Under the pieces are notes generated by a model. It saw only the letters and a program-made list of their open reading frames with translations. It was not told where the DNA came from and made no database searches. Below are positions 26,501 to 36,498 of a stretch of DNA of 60,569 nt, piece by piece. The translations under genes and the position numbers were made by a program. Numbering within the stretch: the first letter of the stretch is position 1; each line of letters begins with the position of its first letter. This stretch comes from Hydrolagus affinis (taxonomy: Eukaryota): positions 124,001 to 184,569 of the forward strand of contig JAAILG010000038.1 of assembly GCA_012026655.1 (NCBI GenBank), given 5' to 3'.

Positions 26501-29500
26501 AGGTTAGCATACAATAGTGGAGAAACCAGTGGATGCAAGACAATATAAAGGCAGAGAAGTTAAGAACATTTTGAGGGAGCAGCAGAGGTTCACTAATTAA
26601 GAGCTTTGAGGCGAGAGAAGACAAATACATTTATAGATCGGTAATATCCTTAGTCAACACATTTAAAAACAAAGCTCTTATAGTCTAGATGCTTCAGCAT
26701 CAGAGGAGATTGATTCTCAATATATCAGTCTTCTGAGCTCTGAAAGTCCTCAGAATGGAATAGGGAAAAACAGATAGAAATCAATCAGCTGCTTCTGTCA
26801 CATTTCATGCTGAAAGTCGATGTTTGTGGGAAAATAAATGATTTGTTGATTTAGTCAAATAAATAACATCAGATTATTTAACATGCAACAAATCACTGTT
26901 ATTTCATTAAATTGCCAGATTCAAAATGCATCGTGAAATTTTTATTTATAGAGTACCTGTCAAAGGGTAATTCTTGAGCAATCAGATGTAGTTTCTGAAT
27001 GATATCAGCTGCTTCTTTAATCTGCCGGGGGGGGGCAAAAAAACAATTACCATATTAACTGAATCTGAAGACGACACTCTCCTCTGTACTTTACGTAAAC
27101 ATTCCAACATGACTAGGGTGAAAGTCCACACCATCAGAACCACTACTTTGTATGTTTCAAGTTGAAATAAGTTAGTAAAGGGAGACGGGAGTATGACTGT
27201 GAACAGCAGTCCCTAAACAGCAACAACAGTTTACTACGAGCAAGTAAATGGCAGGTTCTAAAACTCAAGGGCACAGCATGACAATACAATAAGCCTTATG
27301 CCTTCAGACCATTTTTAAATGTCAGTCTAGCTCAATGGTCAATCAGACTATTATGCAAGATTCATCTGCAACATAATATATACATTTAAAGTTGAGTCGT
27401 GTTAATGTCAGCTCTCCTTTTTGTTGCATATTTGCAAGGTTTTTTGAGGCCTGTAGCCTGAGAACATTCTTGATTTCTACAGTCAAACTACAGTATAACT
27501 AAAAAGCTTGTATAACAATTAAGAAGCTTCTACCAACAGTTACTATTTACAACACAAAAAATGAGAGCATTTTGGAAAAAGAATCAGCATCTCTTAGTAC
27601 TCAACATATTAAGCAGGAAAATTACAACGTTCCACTGTTGGGGTATAGAAGAAAGATTATTATTGGAGGCTTTGAACCTGCAAAATAATTCAAATGCTGC
27701 AGTACATATGCTTTGCTCCATTGGGAAAGTTTTAACATTTTCAGATTTAAGAACTAAGTATGGACAATGTAGTGCCCAATGCTCGGTTTTCTGCTATGAC
27801 CCAGCTTTTTATTAAAAAAAACAGCAAAAATGAATGTGTACCAGAGAGATGGATGAAGGAAATGGCCAACAAAACCCAGTTTTAAAACTCTTATTTCAGG
27901 ACAGGCTCAACTACTTTGGTGATGTTATCAGATTTCCATCAATGTGAACAGAAATTAAAAATAGGAATTCAGTTTGCTATCATCTGATATAATAGCTTTA
28001 CACTTTGATTGAAGTACAGTACTACTTTTTAGTATTTAGAGTGCCTTTATTACTCCTAGATTCCTTTAAAAAAAAACATTCCATCTATTCTCACCCTCAT
28101 TTTAAATGAATTGAGCACTTTGCTGTTGGACACTGGAAATATGCCAAAAGAGATAAAGAGAATTGCAATGCAGCAAAAAGCCCAAGAAACCTTGAAGCAA
28201 AGTTTGTGACATCCACATGTAATGCCAAGTTGACTGCTTCAGTTATTAAACTGACAGGACACTGAGCAATTACTGTTTACAGACAGAATCAGATTTGATG
28301 TGTGCTCTGGGATGAAGATGGTCAACATAATGCAATGTGAAAATCTCAAAAATACTGAAGCACCACGTGCTTTTGTCAAGAGGAACAAAAATAGCTACCA
28401 GAAATAGTGACTCACATTGACTTTGTTCAATTATACTTTTTTATTAAAATTCTTCAGTCTTATAATAGAACTCAATTAAAAATGTAATGGGGGGGTGGGG
28501 GGGAATCTCACTTATTTATCCATGTGAATATGATTAAGCTAAGAGCTAAAATGTCACCCGGCTTCATTAGCAAAATTGTAAAATAAAATGGAAAAAAAAT
28601 TACTAAGCTCACCACTTTCTGAATTTCTGTACACAAACGTTTTATCAGCACTCTGCAGGTTACCACTTTTAATTTACATTTCTGAACAATGAAATTGTTG
28701 GACTCTTTGAAAAGTTTAGATGCTCAGTGGTTTGAAGTCTGACCGTGGTAAGTCATGGTAGCAGCTTGTAATTAGGGCAGCCCTGCTTACTGCTTTGAGA
28801 CACTTTTATCCCGCTGACAGCGCTTACCTTTTCTGGATTTGTAAAAACATCAGACTTCAGCTCTCCATCCAGAAACTCATTAAAGTATTTCATCAGTTTC
28901 TGTGCCTCCACAGCCCGTTGCCGTGGTGTATTTACCCCCTCCAGCTGGTCTCCAAGGTGACAAACCTTCGTTGCTACATAGCTGATATGTTCATCCAGCT
29001 CCTGGAAATGCTGAAAAGCAACCTACAAGGAAAGAAAAGCACTATAATTAACTAACATTACCATTGCAGTCCTGGCATTTGGTGTAGCACCCTATCGCAC
29101 GGAAATATCTCTAGGCATTTCAGACTTCTACCGTAAAGCCAATTTGTGCACAATAATGTCTCATAAACAACTCAAAATTAAATGACTTGCTTTAAACTCA
29201 GAATTTATTGGCCAGGAATCTTTAATGTTCACTTCAGCAGGCAGAACTGCTGTCGATTTAATATCTAATTCGAAAATAGTCTGACATTACTATTGTAGTA
29301 CTTCAATCAAATATTTCATTTCTATAAAAAGTCATCCATCTGCATGTAATCACTGAGCTTCAAGGTCTAAACGCAATCAAAAAAATGTTTTGTTAACAAA
29401 AATTATTTCAAACCACTCCACTTGTTAACCATCAACTACCTGTTAACTATGTACCTCTCATCTATATTACTCTTCCACTGGAACAATTTGACCCACTTCT

Positions 29501-32500
29501 CTACAGATCCCATCAACTCTGATCCTTGGTGGGTTCAAATTAAGTGCTCAACAGAATGATGCAAGTGAATCTTCCAATTTTATCCCTTAACCTACTTCCA
29601 AAAGGCATTCTGCCACAAAATCCCTAGATACCACCACCAACAACAGCAACTTGCATTTGTATAGCACACTTCACACAAAGCAGCGTCTCAGAGCACTTGA
29701 AGTGAACAAGTGAAACTTGCTAAAGAAGTCCCGACCATAATCCTGAGGTCCATTGCAGCACCCCTATCATTGGATTGCAATGACTGAGATTAGCTAAATA
29801 GCACAAACCATCATTCATACTTGCAACCTTCCAGTCTATCATCTGATGCTCAGACCATCAGGAGAGCATTTGGGTTTTTAAAATTCAATATATATATTAC
29901 TACTTTTATTTCACAGTGCACCTTTCATGTCGGGACGAGATCTCAAAGCACTTCACAGGATATACTGTAAAATGTAGTGACCATGTTTACATCTTGAAGG
30001 TAAATTAGTTCACAGTAAAAAATAAAGATTGTCGCTTCAATTGTAGCCAAAAAGGCTCCTAAACTGTGGGAATATCAATTTACATATCTATGAAATTCAC
30101 ACCATTTAATGAATGGATACTTTTTTTTTAAAAAAATCAGGGACTCATGTGGCAATCCAGAATGAGAGGGAGACCTGTTTCAGATCAGAAACTAGATAGA
30201 TTCGATCAAGTAATGAGCAAGACAGTTCAGATATTTTAGCGGCTAATAACAAAATAACAATTCCCATATAGATTACCATGCTACATTAACTACCAGTACA
30301 TTTCTGGCTCCATCCTATTTTTAGGCCACCTACTAAACAAGAAGTCTTAACAGTGTCTGTGAGCAATAGCAGGAACAAATTTCATTTGTCCAAACCTATG
30401 GAACTCCCTCCCTCAATCCCTTCGCTTTGTCCCCGCTTTTCTCATTTTCAGGTTGCACCTGAAGACATTCCTCTTCGACCGTGTCTATGATCACCTTTCC
30501 ATCCCCCTGGCTCGATATCAGGCTGCACCATTATTTAGCACTCTGGGACACCGCCTGGCATGGAGGGCAGTATATAAATGCAAGTGGTTGTTGTATAGGA
30601 CCTTTCACCTTGAGAGGACGTTCCACGCTGGAGCAAAGGGTGCCTGTCGGTCAGTCAAGTGGGGATAGGAGGCGAGGAGGTTGGAGTGGGTGGACTGAGC
30701 GGTGATACATAGAGGACGGGGACATTTTGGGGAATAACAGCTTAGGTGTGACGGAAGCCAAAACACACACACTGAGGTACGCATAGAGGCACGAGGAGAC
30801 AGCGCAGAGTGGGGGAAGGTGAGAGAGCAACACAGTAAGAATGGTGCATTTACTATGCTCATCTTCCTTGTTTCTTTAGATAACAACCAACATAAACGAT
30901 ACCAACTTCCATTTAAATAGCTAGCTGTAATCACAAAATCAAAGTCATCCTGCAGCTGTTATCCTTTGGATGTTTCTTATGTAATTTTAAAACTGTTTTA
31001 AAACTGTAATGTCTTTATTACATTCATTTCATATATTTCTTCGACTCTCCCGTTAGAAATTGTTCCTATGAAGGGCTCCTGCTGTGCAAATACTCCTGGA
31101 GCTGTAACTTGCATCTGCAATGAAGTTAAATATCACACAAACTGAAACTGTGGTAATAATAATCCTTGCATTTGATGTAGCGCCTTATCACATCAATCTC
31201 AAAGAGCTTCACAGAATATATTGTAAAGTGAATTGACTATACAGTAAAAGCCTGTTTATCCGTGACCCGATCAACCGGATTGCGTGACCCCCTCCAGGGG
31301 CAATTCCCCATTCCAGCAATCGCGAGTATGCTCACTTTGCGCATGCAAACTTATTAAACTTAAGAACTCTGGGTTTTTAACCAATCAGTAAAAAAAGCTT
31401 TTTTACCTAGTGTGCTGGAATCTTTATTGGTAAATATCCATACAATATTCTGTTACTATTTAGTATATTATTAATATGGTATGTTTTTAAATAAGTACAT
31501 TTTTTGTGTTGGGTTTCCGGCAACTTGCCGCCTGATTATCCGACACAGTCAATTAGTCGACCCCCACCAGAAGGTGCCGGATAAACGGGCTTTTATTGTA
31601 TTTTTGGGGAAAAACACAGTAGCCAATTGCACACATCAGTGTCCTACAAACAGTCATGGATTGAGTGACCAATTTTTTTTTTAGGGAATCCAGGTCTCTC
31701 GCTTGCCAGCCGAGTGGTATAACTACTGAGCTACAGGACTCCAATGGAAGAAATAACTTGTGGTCAGGATGTACTGCACATAATAAATGACTGCAAAACA
31801 AAAAGCAGTTACAATAGAATCTATTTACAAACAGCTTCAGTCCACTTGAAATATAAATAACAGCAAGGGATCCAAAATAGGAAGAACAGAACTGGTTGAT
31901 TCAAGATTGAGAATATTGAAGTTACATAATCAAACCTTGCCACATTCCAAAAATGACATTCAAACCCTGAAAGTGGCAACTATGACTTTACCTAGAAATA
32001 GACTTGTGCTAGTTTCACTGATACAGATTGAGAGGCTGTAAAAGCCGTTCATTGGGACATTGTGTGCTGTGCATATTTATCCACAAAACAGAGTCACTCC
32101 ATTTTATAGTATATTCTATAGAGTACCATGGGCTAGCTTTCCGATGTGAAAAACGCTATACCAAATACAAACATTACAGTCCATTTTAAAACGTTTAGAA
32201 ACTCAATTTATGTATAAGTTAAACTAAACCCACTCCTTCACTGACCTGGTTGCTCTTCTGCAACTCCTGCACCTTCCGAGCAAACTCCTTGGCTTCCTTC
32301 TGGCACTGTTGCTCCAATTTCTCCACTTTTCTCTGAATCCTTTCATCCAACATCTTCAGCTCTTCAATGTGGCTGACAAACTCCTCTAAAAGTCTGATGC
32401 ACAAGAATACCTTCATCCAATGCACCAAAACACTTTCAAATACCAGTAACATAATCTAAACATATTCATAAATACATGCAACCAACATTTTTTGTTAAAA

Positions 32501-35500
32501 AAAATCAGTGAATGTTATCAAAGGCTACATCTATTATATAATTATCCCTGATAACTCAATTAGAATATATACACCTCTCTCTTTTTCTCCCCCCCACCAC
32601 CCACCCGACAGCTTTATCCAGATGAACTTTTGATACTGCATACTGAATGACTCAGTGAAATGCAATACTCCAGTCCAATTTAAATGAATGAACATATCAT
32701 TGACTAATTCAATCATGAGTATTGTAATAGCAAGTTTTATATTTCTTATTGTCTTGACAGGAGTTGGGTGACAAATGCAATTTCATTTATTGCTCCATTG
32801 TATATGCTCTTACCATATTAATTCCAGTTTAGGAACACAATTCAATCATATAATAACTAACAAAACAATCAACACAATGATATTGTAGCAAGGCCGAGTT
32901 AACAGTATAGGAAAAAAGGAATTAATCTTATAATGGGCAAGCACATATTTGTAACTTGTAAGCCTTGTTGTTTGTCTCCTAACCTGTATTGGAGAATATG
33001 TTTTATATGCATTCCCTTTTTGCAGTGGGAATTTATCAAAACAGATTAAAGAAAAGACAAGTTATCCAGTAATTATTGGGTGGGTCATCCTATACTAATT
33101 CCATCTTCTACCCTAGATTACAATTTAAGGGGTTCAATAATGAAGTTACAATGAATATAAAGCAGAGACTGGAAATTTACAACTGGATATCAGCATCTAA
33201 AAGAGATGAATGGTAACCAACAAATATTTTCCCCAAATGTACCTTTCAACAACAAAATTACACTTAAATAGCAGATGTTCAACCTGCTATATTCAGGTTT
33301 TATTTTGGTTTCCCAGGATTTACAGTTTTTAAATCTTTGAAAGTTCTGATACAGTAATTTAACTTATTTTTTGCTATGCAGTTTGGAAGAACAGGGAAAA
33401 TGTTTATTTAGAAACTAGTTGAGTACCTGATTATTGAGTTGAAAAATATTTTTATATTTGGACAGTACTGTATTATATTTGCCTTTTTGATCCTGTAATA
33501 GCTATCCCTTGCTTGCCAATAGTACACAACAAAACGCTACTCTCAGTACAGAAGTCTAGCATTATGCTATATCATTTCATGTGTCATTCATAATGTTGTG
33601 AAAATTAGCACAGCAAAAGCGCTAATGCCTGAAATCCTGTTACTGTCACCTTTAGTTTAAAGTCAATGTCTAATGCAAAGTGGCTTGAATTTACTGTGTC
33701 CTTAGGGGAGTGCCAGCTTTTTAGAGTAAATACCTATAATTTTTTTTGTCATTTTTGAAGTATTTCTTCAAATCACATTGTTAAGTCAGTTACCCAATAA
33801 TTCTGTAAATTACTCACTGTCCGTATACATTTATGAATAGTTAGCAATAGTCACTGAACAATTCTTTGATGAATGCATAAAAGAACAAGGGCCTCTTTTT
33901 ACATGCAGGATTTAATTTCTCATAATCTTTTTCAAAATGTCCTTACAGTGCAGGGTGGCAGAACACCCACATACAAGACACGCTACTTCATATTCCTCAT
34001 CAAGAAGGGAAAAGCTTAATCCACATCACATACCATTTAACTTTGAAGCTGTACCACACAAAAAGTTGCAGATATCCTGTAAATGCTAAAGCCATTGCTT
34101 AAAGGAGTTTATATATGTTTACAATCAGCACCTTGTTGGGTCAAATGCTTCTGCTCCTCCTTTCGAACCCCCACCCGGTGTTCTCCATGCCAGCCGTTCG
34201 ATGTACTCATCAACATCAAAAGGTTCCTGACAACAGATTTTTAAAAATGTATGTAGCATTAGCCTCTCGAAATGCAAGTCTAAAATGACCGTTATATTTG
34301 CAGTCCAAAGCAATGTCATAGCTAATAAAGCGATCTGCCAATTGACTAACTGGGTTCCTACTTATTGCTGGGTAAACAGAGGTGTGTGGAGTAAGAAAAC
34401 TTGCCCAATGTTTCACCCAGCCAGATTTCAAATCCAGGTCTCTTGAATGGGCGGTGGATGCTCTAACCAATGAGCTACATGACTCCACATTAAATATCTA
34501 TTTCTAGATCAGGAAATAGAGCTCTGCCCTTGTATGACAAGCATAAATTCCTTTGCCATGCCTATGAATTTTTAGTTCCAGCTAATGAGAACATTTGCCA
34601 GGTTCTTGGGCATTGGCAGATCATATATATCCTGCATCCAAAGACATAGGGCTAGGTTGATTGATGTTAAAGAATTAGGAATATGGCACACATAATCTCT
34701 CCAAGCTTGTCCACTAGAATCATATTCCTTTTCAGTATATTAAGAGCCAAATGAAAAGAATCCTAAACCACTCCACACTTGTCGATCCCCGCCCAGTCCT
34801 GTTGATGAGTCAGACAGGCTGATCAACAGCACTCTGCAATACTGTACTATAAACCTAATTACATGAAGTATCAAATCACCAAGTCCAGACAACGGGAGAT
34901 ATCTGAATGCACTCACAGTTATCTGCGAATCTATCTATAATGTTTGAATATGTAATTCAGAGTACAAACCTGGAACCCTTTTCAGCTCTCCATATTTTAT
35001 AACTGGTTTTAACCCAGTGATTTTATTCTATAAAAGTGAATGAAATAGTAAAAAGAAAAGTTGATGTAACATTTCAACAGAGGGTACACATTTGGATACG
35101 TAAGACTTACTTTTGTTACAGTGGTGAAGTGGCATAATTTAAAGTGCCTGGAAAAGAGCAGGAAACTGCAAACTTGCAGAAAGAAGACAGGCCTAACCAT
35201 TGGTGAAATAGTCCTTTCAGATTATGATTTATTTAAAACGCCAGCAATCTTAAATTGCAAAAAAATAAAGGTTTCTTATTATTACCAGTATTATTATTTA
35301 CTCAATTTTAACCAACAACCCCAAATCTGATTATTTTGCCACTGCTTAAGAAAAAAAGGAATACATCAAAGGGTTGTTGATTTCTAATCAGTCCCCGATG
35401 AGCCAGAGAGTCGGGAATGTATTAGCTCATAAACACCCAAATAACCTAGTGCTGTAGAACAATAGCTTCGAAAAGCACTTGTAAAGTTGTGTGGCTGTGG

Positions 35501-36012
35501 GACAGGAAAAGCTCTGGCACCACCCTTGCCTTCAGGGCTTGTCTGATAACTGAACAACAGTTACCATTGCTAGACGTTTGTGTCGATTTATCGGAGAACT
35601 GGGATTAAATTCCAATTCGCGTCTGAAACTGCGATAGCGGCAGCAGGGCTGCAGTCTGGGGCTACCTACAGCACAACTGAAAATACAACTCACTGCAGCC
35701 CACAGTGAACGACAGTTTGAGCCTACATCATCTCTCTGTCCACCTACAGTCCTTGGATTTATTTAGTGCAACGCCTGGGAACAGTCAGCCATTTTCCGAC
35801 CAATACTGTGCATACTGTGCATGCGGAACGAAAGCTGCCTTGAAGAAAGCGACAGGGTTTTGTTTCTTTTTTAATCCAGTGTTGAACAATAGAAGCCGGG
35901 CGGGCGAGCGAGCGAGCTGGGCTGGGCTGGGAGGAGAACAGGACAGAGAAGTCGACCTGGGTGCGCTGTCAGCGCCGGGACCCACCTCGAACAGTTCCGC
36001 TGTAGTAGCCAT
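11378..36012 (-). CDS. EXOC5: Exocyst complex component 5 (Sec10), complete 18-exon CDS, 2136 nt, 711 aa
   Basis: Spliced translation MATTAELFE|EPFDVDEYIERLAWRTPGGG...RADYRSARLGRHFS* matches vertebrate EXOC5 as recalled. Exon sizes 27,95,148,195,65,29,110,45,141,92,210,148,109,121,87,109,216,189; all GT-AG and in phase. Confidence 0.98.
12796..13011 (-). CDS. EXOC5: EXOC5 exon 17 (ACVKVCGYVGKQVEKI...YRKCAKVFK)
   Basis: 216 nt, CAG/GTATG. Confidence 0.96.
14867..14975 (-). CDS. EXOC5: EXOC5 exon 16 (TLNCMNGQMKHILAAEQRKTDFKPEDENNVLIQYTN)
   Basis: 109 nt, AAG acceptor, GTAGGT donor. Confidence 0.94.
15871..15957 (-). CDS. EXOC5: EXOC5 exon 15 (SSPKLTECLQKKKEVIEQMEVKLDTGIDR)
   Basis: 87 nt, CAG/GTAAGT. 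Confidence 0.95.
16001..16114. repeat. 3 x 38-bp tandem repeat derived from a SINE tail
   Basis: Units TCCTRTATTTTAATAATAATYYTTGTATTTGRTAYARR starting at 16001, 16039 and 16077. Confidence 0.85.
16115..16797 (-). mobile_element. SINE cluster: fragments, one full-length copy (about 16395-16700) and an adjacent second tRNA head (16700-16797)
   Basis: Head GTGGAGTCCTGCAGCTCAGTGGTTAGAGCACTCGCCTTGAAAGCAAGAGACCTGGGTTCAATTCCAGGC with A and B boxes. Confidence 0.85.
16859..16979 (-). CDS. EXOC5: EXOC5 exon 14 (IPSTDSKTANLYFLDVVQQAN...LMPLI)
   Basis: 121 nt, TAG/GTCAGT. Confidence 0.95.
17648..17756 (-). CDS. EXOC5: EXOC5 exon 13 (LSDPSDLPKNAFRIF...EIGLA)
   Basis: 109 nt, CAG/GTAAT. Confidence 0.95.
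17992..18240. mobile_element. Tail-to-tail inverted SINE pair
   Basis: Plus-strand tail 17992-18108 abuts minus-strand tail 18109-18240. Confidence 0.75.
18560..18707 (-). CDS. EXOC5: EXOC5 exon 12 (IQDLKERIRQRTNLPLGPS...FERCHR)
   Basis: 148 nt, TAG/GTAAG. Confidence 0.96.
19995..20200 (-). mobile_element. Deu-type SINE 5' part
   Basis: CTTTAATGTCCAGCAGAACAAGCAGACGGGACCTTGGTTTAACATCTCAT...; degenerate tRNA head at 20135-20200. Confidence 0.7.
20254..20463 (-). CDS. EXOC5: EXOC5 exon 11 (STSLANKIAEFDLGTDKQTFL...RSYGTGG)
   Basis: 210 nt, CAG/GTAAG. Confidence 0.96.
20705..20940 (-). mobile_element. LINE2-like 3' end fragment
   Basis: Reverse complement resembles the ORF2 C-terminus (L..FKTRLFDHAF) followed by the shared tail and (TTG)n. 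Confidence 0.6.
21765..22215 (-). mobile_element. Deu-type SINE, near full length
   Basis: tRNA-like head 22140-22215, Deu-like core (TTGGCCAGGACACCAGGAGAAAC...CATCCACCTGAA), shared tail. Confidence 0.8.
22965..23056 (-). CDS. EXOC5: EXOC5 exon 10 (SFVRDQLEECKRTDRSDTEQFLKSLYDLYTR)
   Basis: 92 nt, CAG/GTGAG. Confidence 0.95.
23588..23728 (-). CDS. EXOC5: EXOC5 exon 9 (GVYLRNDLFEDAAILCQRV...EIKLQ)
   Basis: 141 nt, AG/GT. Confidence 0.95.
23928..23972 (-). CDS. EXOC5: EXOC5 exon 8 (GYSHCVDVYIKQCQE)
   Basis: 45 nt, CAG/GTAAT. Confidence 0.95.
24398..24507 (-). CDS. EXOC5: EXOC5 exon 7 (KYHDLECQLIQEF...LLHFK)
   Basis: 110 nt, AG/GT. Confidence 0.95.
24830..24858 (-). CDS. EXOC5: EXOC5 exon 6, 29-nt micro-exon (FAEVKSKIA)
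   Basis: TAG acceptor, GTGAGT donor; needed to keep the frame. Confidence 0.93.
26310..26442 (+). mobile_element. SINE 3' half
   Basis: Shared tail motif. Confidence 0.65.
26957..27021 (-). CDS. EXOC5: EXOC5 exon 5 (IKEAADIIQKLHLIAQELPFDR)
   Basis: 65 nt, AG/GT. Confidence 0.95.
28828..29022 (-). CDS. EXOC5: EXOC5 exon 4 (VAFQHFQELDEHISYVATK...TNPEK)
   Basis: 195 nt, AG/GTAAG. Confidence 0.96.
29065..29275 (-). mobile_element. Diverged Deu-type SINE fragment
   Basis: Tail plus TTGGCCAGGAATCTTTAATGTTCAC. Confidence 0.55.
30370..30596 (+). mobile_element. LINE2-like ORF2 3' end and tail
   Basis: Translates LWNSLPQSLRFVPAFLIFRLHLKTFLFDRVY, the classic L2 C-terminus; tail ...TATATAAATGCAAGTGGTTGTTG. 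Confidence 0.8.
31154..31743 (-). mobile_element. tRNA-derived SINE interrupted by a MITE
   Basis: Tail 31154-31241; resumes 31599-31743, ending in head ...GAGCTACAGGACTCCA. Confidence 0.8.
31242..31598. mobile_element. Tc1/mariner (Tigger/pogo-like) MITE, 357 bp
   Basis: TIRs CAGTAAAAGCCTGTTTATCCG and CGGATAAACGGGCTTTTATTG (19/21 match), TA on both sides, no transposase. Confidence 0.85.
32045..32176 (+). mobile_element. SINE 3' half (diverged)
   Basis: TGGGACATTGTGTGCTGTGCA...GATGTGAAAAACGCTATACCAAATACAA. Confidence 0.6.
32246..32393 (-). CDS. EXOC5: EXOC5 exon 3 (LLEEFVSHIEELKMLDERIQRK...KSNQ)
   Basis: 148 nt, AG/GT boundaries. Confidence 0.96.
34132..34226 (-). CDS. EXOC5: EXOC5 exon 2 (EPFDVDEYIERLAWRTPGGGSKGGAEAFDPTR)
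   Basis: CAG acceptor, GT donor, 95 nt. Confidence 0.96.
34345..34489 (-). mobile_element. tRNA-derived SINE 5' half
   Basis: Head GTGGAGTCATGTAGCTCATTGGTTAGAGCA... plus GGGCAAGTTTTCTTACTCCACACACCTCTGTTTACCCAGCAATAAGTAGG. Confidence 0.8.
35986..36012 (-). CDS. EXOC5: EXOC5 coding exon 1 (MATTAELFE)
   Basis: ATG at 36012, donor GAG|GTGGG. Confidence 0.96.
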
Positions 36013-36424
36013 TCCGCTCGACGACAAGAGCCGCTCCTTACCGCCCACCTTCGCTCACGTCTACATAATGAAGCGCAAGTGTAAAAGCCGAGGTAATTCA
36101 AGAGGTAAACTCGGCCTTGTGGCGTAGCGGGGCCGGGAGTGCGGGGGATGGGGGAGGCGGATTTCGAACCAACGCTCCTTCAACTACAGCTCTCCACCTC
36201 CTCCATGTTTGCGCCGCACCGGGCCGGAAGTCGGGCGTCTGACCTGCGCAGTAAAGGAGAAAGAAGGCGACTGCGCAACGCTGACAGCTGTTGGCTCTTG
36301 ACCCTGCGCGCGCGGGGGGGGGGCGGGAAATGAGAAGAGTGCGCAGGCGCTGTGGGTGTGCGTTGCTCTCCCGGGTTTGACGGTTGCTTGGCTCGTGATT
36401 CCAGAGCAACCGTCCGCCGGGGCC

Positions 36425-36498
36425 ATGAGTCTGCGCGCGCTCTGGCTCATCGGACCCGAGAAAGGGGAGGCAGCGGCGGTGGCGATGCGCTTCTCCAG
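36425..36498 (+). CDS. AP5M1: AP5M1 coding exon 1 ([25 protein letters not shown])
   Basis: GCCATGA start, CAG|GTAAT donor. Confidence 0.93.

Noticed and set aside
36148-36190. Minus-strand GGTTCGAAATCCGCCTCCCCCA, resembling a tRNA T-arm ending in CCA
   Set aside because: The B box has an extra base, and no A box or acceptor-stem partner is visible; likely chance in GC-rich promoter DNA.
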